Assembly (NCBI GenBank): GCA_049317285.1
Contig: JBMOIO010000003.1
Coordinates: 25,003 to 89,002, forward strand
DNA length: 64,000 nucleotides
Origin: Minisyncoccia bacterium
GTDB taxonomy: Bacteria > Patescibacteriota > Minisyncoccia > Phycocordibacterales > UBA9973
Reading direction: 5' to 3'
How positions within the stretch are numbered: position 1 is the first letter of the stretch; the number at the start of each line of letters is the position of its first letter. Below are positions 59,597 through 64,000 of this stretch, piece after piece. Position numbers and translations under genes: made by a program. The notes beneath the pieces are model-generated. The model was not told the origin of the DNA and did no database searches. It saw only the letters and a program-made list of their open reading frames with translations.

Positions 59597-60964
59597 TTAG
59601 CGTCTTGAAACACCGTATTGTTCAAGATAGTCAATATCAGCTTGCACTTTTCGAGTCAACCCCATAACAGAGTTCCCATAAAAGCTATTTGCAGGGGTTT
59701 TCCCGTCGCAGGCACGCCCTGAATAGTAGCGACAGGCAGCGTTGCGTTCATTTACTTCGCCACCAGTACCTCCACGAACCTGCAGGTAAATAGAGGATGC
59801 GAAAATCGCATCTCGCGCGCGCCATGGATTTGGGCTCATACCGATTGCTGCTTGGATTCTTCCAGCAACACTTTCCCAAGTAGACGGAATAAACTGTGCC
59901 GGCCCCATAGCGCCTCCCCACCCCACTGTACCAATACGACATGATACCGGCGTAGTGTTCGGGTTTATTCCAAGCGCTTTGGTAATGCGCAAAAATGGAG
60001 GGATATCACGAGTCGGATGCATCACCGCTGTATAGCTTTTAGTAACAGGGTCGCCTGCGCGATTACAAGTACCCACATTTGAACCAAGATTACTTTCCTG
60101 TGTCAAAACAGCAAGAACAAACGCTGGTCTGACGCCGGTAACTTTTGAAGCCTCTACTGCAAAGGCATAGGCATCCTTAAACGGGATGGCTTTTGTCGCG
60201 CCTCCAGCAAAACTAAAGAGTTTGCTTTGAATTGCGGCAACTTTCTTTTGTTGCTGTGCGACAAGCGCGGCTTGCTTTTGTTCTTCTGTTTTACTAGTGC
60301 TCAAGAGCGACTGTGCAGTTTTTTGTGATACAGCAAGCTTTGCCTTTTCGCTTTCGTAGGCACTCTTTGCATCAATCGCGCGAAATTGTGCGTCTTTGAG
60401 GTCTTCGCGCTCTTCTTCAGTCATCGACTTGATGCGCTTTACATGGTTCAGTGAGTCATAGAGCGATGACTTGATTGAAAGAAAGTCGTCGAGGTCTTGG
60501 TAAAAGCCCGTGATTGATTCAGCAGAAAGCAACACATATGCCGCACCTTTTTGGTCGAGTTCGTTGGTGCGCTTCACCAGCTGAGTCATACTTGCGCGCT
60601 CGCGGTCAAGCTCGTTTTCCAGTGAATCAATCGCTTCTTCTTTTTTTCCGATTTCCTGAGAAAGGCGGCTAATAGTTGATATTTGACTACTGATTTTAGA
60701 CTGTGCCTTGGTGATTTGGGACACGAGTGCGTTCACATCCTTTTGAAGCACGCCACTTTTCCCTTTTTGCACATTGAGCTGTGCTTGTAATTTCGCGAGA
60801 GCAGCAGATTCTACTGCAAAGTCAGCACATGCCTGCTTGATATCTTCTGTAGCCGGTGCTGCACAGACCGCTGGCGCTTGCGCAAAAGCACTTGTAGGTG
60901 CAAACAATGCGCTACTAAAAAATATGATTGATGATAGTAAGGTGAATGTAACTGTGTTTCGCAT
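59597..60964 (-). CDS. Secreted coiled-coil lytic transglycosylase
   Basis: Signal peptide, long coiled coil, QES, GAMGPAQFIPSTW. Confidence 0.88.
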   Translation of the reverse strand: MRNTVTFTLLSSIIFFSSALFAPTSAFAQAPAVCAAPATEDIKQACADFAVESAALAKLQAQLNVQKGKSGVLQKDVNALVSQITKAQSKISSQISTISRLSQEIGKKEEAIDSLENELDRERASMTQLVKRTNELDQKGAAYVLLSAESITGFYQDLDDFLSIKSSLYDSLNHVKRIKSMTEEEREDLKDAQFRAIDAKSAYESEKAKLAVSQKTAQSLLSTSKTEEQKQAALVAQQQKKVAAIQSKLFSFAGGATKAIPFKDAYAFAVEASKVTGVRPAFVLAVLTQESNLGSNVGTCNRAGDPVTKSYTAVMHPTRDIPPFLRITKALGINPNTTPVSCRIGTVGWGGAMGPAQFIPSTWESVAGRIQAAIGMSPNPWRARDAIFASSIYLQVRGGTGGEVNERNAACRYYSGRACDGKTPANSFYGNSVMGLTRKVQADIDYLEQYGVSRR

Positions 60965-61016
60965 AACAATAAGACTCCTAGTATAGCAGGAGTCTTACAT
61001 CGAAAAGTATTGACAA

Positions 61017-61640
61017 TTATTCTGCAGTGTCGTCCTCTTCTTTTTTACCCTTTGCTTCCACTTCAATAGCGTTGACATCGAGTACTGGTTCTTCCTTTTC
61101 TTCCACGAATGCTGCGATGAGTGCAACCATCTCTTCAGGCTCAGTAACAAGTGTTACGCCCTTTGGAAGCTTCACATCTGAAGCCTTGATATGATCTTCA
61201 AGAGTAGCAAGACCGGAAACATCTACTTCGAGTGTGTGAGGAAGGTCGCCTGGAAGTGCAGAAACAGTGAGTTCATGGAGGGCTTTCATCAGGTTTCCAA
61301 GACCGAGCTTTTCAGCCTCAGCTTCACCAGTAAATTCAATCGGGATAGCTACTTCAAGAGCGACTTTCATGTCGATAATAAGGAAGTCTACGTGAGTTGG
61401 TTCGCCAGTGATGGCATTGCGCTGGATTTCCTTGATGATAGTCGGGATTTTTTCGCCTCCTACCATAAGAGCGATCGCTGTGCTTTCACCCGCTTCTTTA
61501 AATACACGGATAAATTCCTTTGCATTGATTGCAACAGAAACGGCATCAGAGCCTTTTCCATAATACACCGCTGGGAGCTGGTCATTTGCTCGTAATTCAG
61601 CCGGTGTGCCTTTTCGTTGTTCTGCAGATAATGTAATCAT
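61017..61640 (-). CDS. rplY: 50S ribosomal protein L25/Ctc
   Basis: LPAVYYG, HVDF, acidic tail. Confidence 0.95.
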   Translation of the reverse strand: MITLSAEQRKGTPAELRANDQLPAVYYGKGSDAVSVAINAKEFIRVFKEAGESTAIALMVGGEKIPTIIKEIQRNAITGEPTHVDFLIIDMKVALEVAIPIEFTGEAEAEKLGLGNLMKALHELTVSALPGDLPHTLEVDVSGLATLEDHIKASDVKLPKGVTLVTEPEEMVALIAAFVEEKEEPVLDVNAIEVEAKGKKEEDDTAE

Positions 61641-61726
61641 AGTGGGAACACTATACACAATAAGGGCATAATTGTCTACCTCCTTAACAGGCTTGACGCT
61701 CTGAATATATACGCTACAATTGCTAT

Positions 61727-61779
61727 ATCACCAACGAAAAAGCAAACCCCTTAGGAGCAATACCTACGGGGCCTTTTTT
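61727..61779 (+). ncRNA. Candidate ~55-nt RNA convergent with and overlapping the NYN gene stop
   Basis: TTGACG-16-TACAAT (61693-61720) with no plus-strand ORF following; GCAA-capped hairpin then U tract. Confidence 0.45.
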
Positions 61780-62246
61780 ATTTTCTGCTCAAGTTCGTTC
61801 ATGTATTTCGTATACCTTCTGAAATTCTTCATTTTAAGCAATGCAGAATAGTGAAGCCTGTCCGGCACCAATAATGAGTGAAGCTTCTTATTTTCTATAA
61901 AATGATCAATAAGACAATAAAAATCGCCATCTCCTGTTACTATGACTGCCTCATCAAAATAATCGTATTGAATCATCGCGTGCAGTACAAGTTCAGCATC
62001 ACAATTCCCTTTTATTGTTCCGTCTTTATATTTTAATGTCGGTTTCCATATACAAATAAACCCCGCTGTCTGCAGTTCTTCATACAATTTGCTATTTCCT
62101 TCAATATATCCAATGAAAAGATACGCTTTGTCAACGTGGTACTTTTCTTTTAGGTACACTCTGAAGCGTTTCCAGTCTATTCCCCATCCTTGTGCCCGAA
62201 TGGCAAGGTAAACATTCTGGCTATCGATAAATGCGTAGTTGTTCAC
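61764..62246 (-). CDS. NYN (LabA/DUF88) PIN-fold ribonuclease
   Basis: FIDSQN, KGNCDAEL, VTGDGDF, S..L. Confidence 0.92.
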   Translation of the reverse strand: MNNYAFIDSQNVYLAIRAQGWGIDWKRFRVYLKEKYHVDKAYLFIGYIEGNSKLYEELQTAGFICIWKPTLKYKDGTIKGNCDAELVLHAMIQYDYFDEAVIVTGDGDFYCLIDHFIENKKLHSLLVPDRLHYSALLKMKNFRRYTKYMNELEQKIKKAP

Positions 62247-62320
62247 TGCTTTATTATATAAAAGCGAGATGAAGGAAAGTTAAAAAGAAAAACGAGCCGA
62301 AGCTCGTTTTTATTGTTTGA

Positions 62321-62713
62321 TTAAATGACAATTTTGAACCTTTTTGCAAATTGGGTTCGTACTGCTTTTGGATTTTCCTCTAGAATTTGCTTAAAGCTTT
62401 TTCGCATACCCATGGGGATATTTCGATGAAAAAGTCCAAATAAGGTATCTTCTCCGCTCCACGCTCTGATAAGACAATCTTGTTCAAATATGTATTTTTC
62501 ATGATACCAAAAAAGTAAAATAATACTCACCATATTGAACAATAAGACACCATTTGTAACAGTATTGTCATTGCCAGGAGCTGAGAATAATAAAATTATA
62601 AACAGTGTACTGTCTGCAATAATAAGAAGAAAGAAAAGAATAACAACTCTTCTTATTCTTGGTTTGTAAAATGCTCTCACCTGAACACCAAAATCTGGTT
62701 GAATTTTTTCCAT
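62321..62713 (-). CDS. Hypothetical two-TM protein
   Basis: AT-rich ORF with two hydrophobic helices. Confidence 0.65.
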   Translation of the reverse strand: MEKIQPDFGVQVRAFYKPRIRRVVILFFLLIIADSTLFIILLFSAPGNDNTVTNGVLLFNMVSIILLFWYHEKYIFEQDCLIRAWSGEDTLFGLFHRNIPMGMRKSFKQILEENPKAVRTQFAKRFKIVI

Positions 62714-62746
62714 TATATATTGTTATTTTTTTGTGAAAGAATGATT

Positions 62747-63265
62747 TTAATTAAAAACATATTCCATTAAATACTGATCGTAATAGTCTTTTTTCCAGCA
62801 AAGTTCTTCATGAAGAACTCCTGTAATTTTAAACCCATACTTTTTGTACAGACCAATTGCAGATTTCTGTGTCGTTGTAACAGAAAGAGTTATTTTTTTA
62901 ACCTCTTTATCTGCCTTAAGACAAGTAATGACTTCCTCGAGAAGTAATTTCCCAATATCATTTCCACGATACTGTGGATCTACAAAAAAGGAAAGTATCT
63001 TACTGAGGTGCCTAATCTTTTCTAGTGTTTCCTTAAAAAGACCTATCATCCCCACGAGTGTTCCCTCGCTTTCTACAAAGATCATTTGTACTGAGGCATC
63101 TGATTTTAAACGGTGTTTCCATTCTTTATCTGATTTCTTTAATTCTTCAGCTTCAGTTAATCCAAATGCTAACGGATCTACCTTTACAGCCTTGATTCGT
63201 AATGCTTTATATTCTTTCCACCTCTCTTCAGGTAAATGATGAATAATAAGAAATTTTCTTTTCAT
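62747..63265 (-). CDS. GNAT acetyltransferase
   Basis: FVDPQYRGNDIGK, AIGLYKKYGF. Confidence 0.92.
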   Translation of the reverse strand: MKRKFLIIHHLPEERWKEYKALRIKAVKVDPLAFGLTEAEELKKSDKEWKHRLKSDASVQMIFVESEGTLVGMIGLFKETLEKIRHLSKILSFFVDPQYRGNDIGKLLLEEVITCLKADKEVKKITLSVTTTQKSAIGLYKKYGFKITGVLHEELCWKKDYYDQYLMEYVFN

Positions 63266-63318
63266 ATGTGATATGTTAATTTATTAAAACAATATCACAT
63301 ATTTTAATTATGTCAATA

Positions 63319-64000
63319 TCAGGAGCCGTGCTTTGTGTTATGAGTATCTACCAAGTGCTCGCGAATATAGTCAAACGACCCTCCTACCTTTTTACCAGGG
63401 TTAAAGATGTTCAATGGGTCCATAATAGTTTTCACAGCCTTGAAGAGCTCAATGATTTCCGGGCTATACATGTATGGCAAAAACGGTGTGCGGATAATAC
63501 CGTCATTGTGCTCGGCCGTGATCGAGCCTTTGTATTGTGCAACCAGCTCGTACACCTTTTTTGAAACGGCGAGGATAAGGTCGCCCGAAAGCGGGTTCGC
63601 CAAGTCCATAAGAGGAATAATATGAAAGTTCCCATTGCCTGCGTGTCCGGCAATAGTGTAGATGAGCTTGTTGTCGTCAAGAATCTTTTGCAGTTTTGGC
63701 AAGAATTCCGGCATCTTGTGCGGGTCAATAATAATGTCATCGATAAACGGCGCTGTTTTCTTTCCTTTCACATGTTTGCGAAGGAGGTTGAAGCTCTCTC
63801 GGCGAATTTTCCAATACTTCTCTACTTCAGCTGCACTTTTTGCAACATGCGTCTTATATCTAAATGGCTTCACAGCCGTCTTGATCGCAATCGCTCGACG
63901 CAACACTTCCGCTTCGTTGTCGCCCGTCACCTCTGCCATCAAAATAAGCTTTGGCACGCCACCGGTCAGCACTTGGAATAGGTCAGGGATAAATTGAATC
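63319..64000 (-). CDS. FAD-linked oxidase (GlcD/D-lactate dehydrogenase-like), C-terminal part
   Basis: GHAGNGNFH, TAEHNDG, DPLNIFNPGK; runs off the right edge. Confidence 0.88.
   Translation of the reverse strand, partial: IQFIPDLFQVLTGGVPKLILMAEVTGDNEAEVLRRAIAIKTAVKPFRYKTHVAKSAAEVEKYWKIRRESFNLLRKHVKGKKTAPFIDDIIIDPHKMPEFLPKLQKILDDNKLIYTIAGHAGNGNFHIIPLMDLANPLSGDLILAVSKKVYELVAQYKGSITAEHNDGIIRTPFLPYMYSPEIIELFKAVKTIMDPLNIFNPGKKVGGSFDYIREHLVDTHNTKHGS

Noticed and set aside
63290-63320. dif site (TTATGTCAA resembles the XerD arm)
   Set aside because: XerC arm is poor; better explained as the GNAT -35 box
1-64000. TGA recoding (genetic code 25)
   Set aside because: Conserved genes are full length under code 11, Gly uses GGN, and TGA ends genes at expected positions

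Overview
Core-genome segment of a small-genome bacterium that looks like Patescibacteria/CPR, most likely Parcubacteria (inference). The basis is streamlined AlaRS/AspRS, an FtsA-like plus baseplate-J-like gene pair, a PaaX-like regulator, tandem type IV pilins, bL9 present and standard code with TGA stops. Most of the window is housekeeping: the infA-rpsI block, grpE/dnaK/dnaJ, five aminoacyl-tRNA synthetases, dnaB, recR, scpAB, mraY-ftsW-murG, prfA and tRNA-Ile. AT-rich single-gene insertions are scattered between these genes. Most notable: (1) two unrelated putative RNase genes (BECR-like at 43.7 kb, NYN at 62 kb), each facing a convergent small structured RNA with its own sigma70 promoter, a candidate RNA-antitoxin architecture; (2) a lexA operon with a GAAC-N4-GTTC box in the promoter spacer and two small proteins ending in MinD-like amphipathic tails; (3) a crtB-crtI-lycopene elongase cluster; (4) a ~57-nt structured dispersed element in three copies with compensatory base changes; (5) a 42-bp duplication of an ABC-F 3' end framing two different small-gene cassettes; (6) a PRMT-like methyltransferase near a SpeD homolog. 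All calls come from reading motifs by eye; no database searches or folding computations were run.
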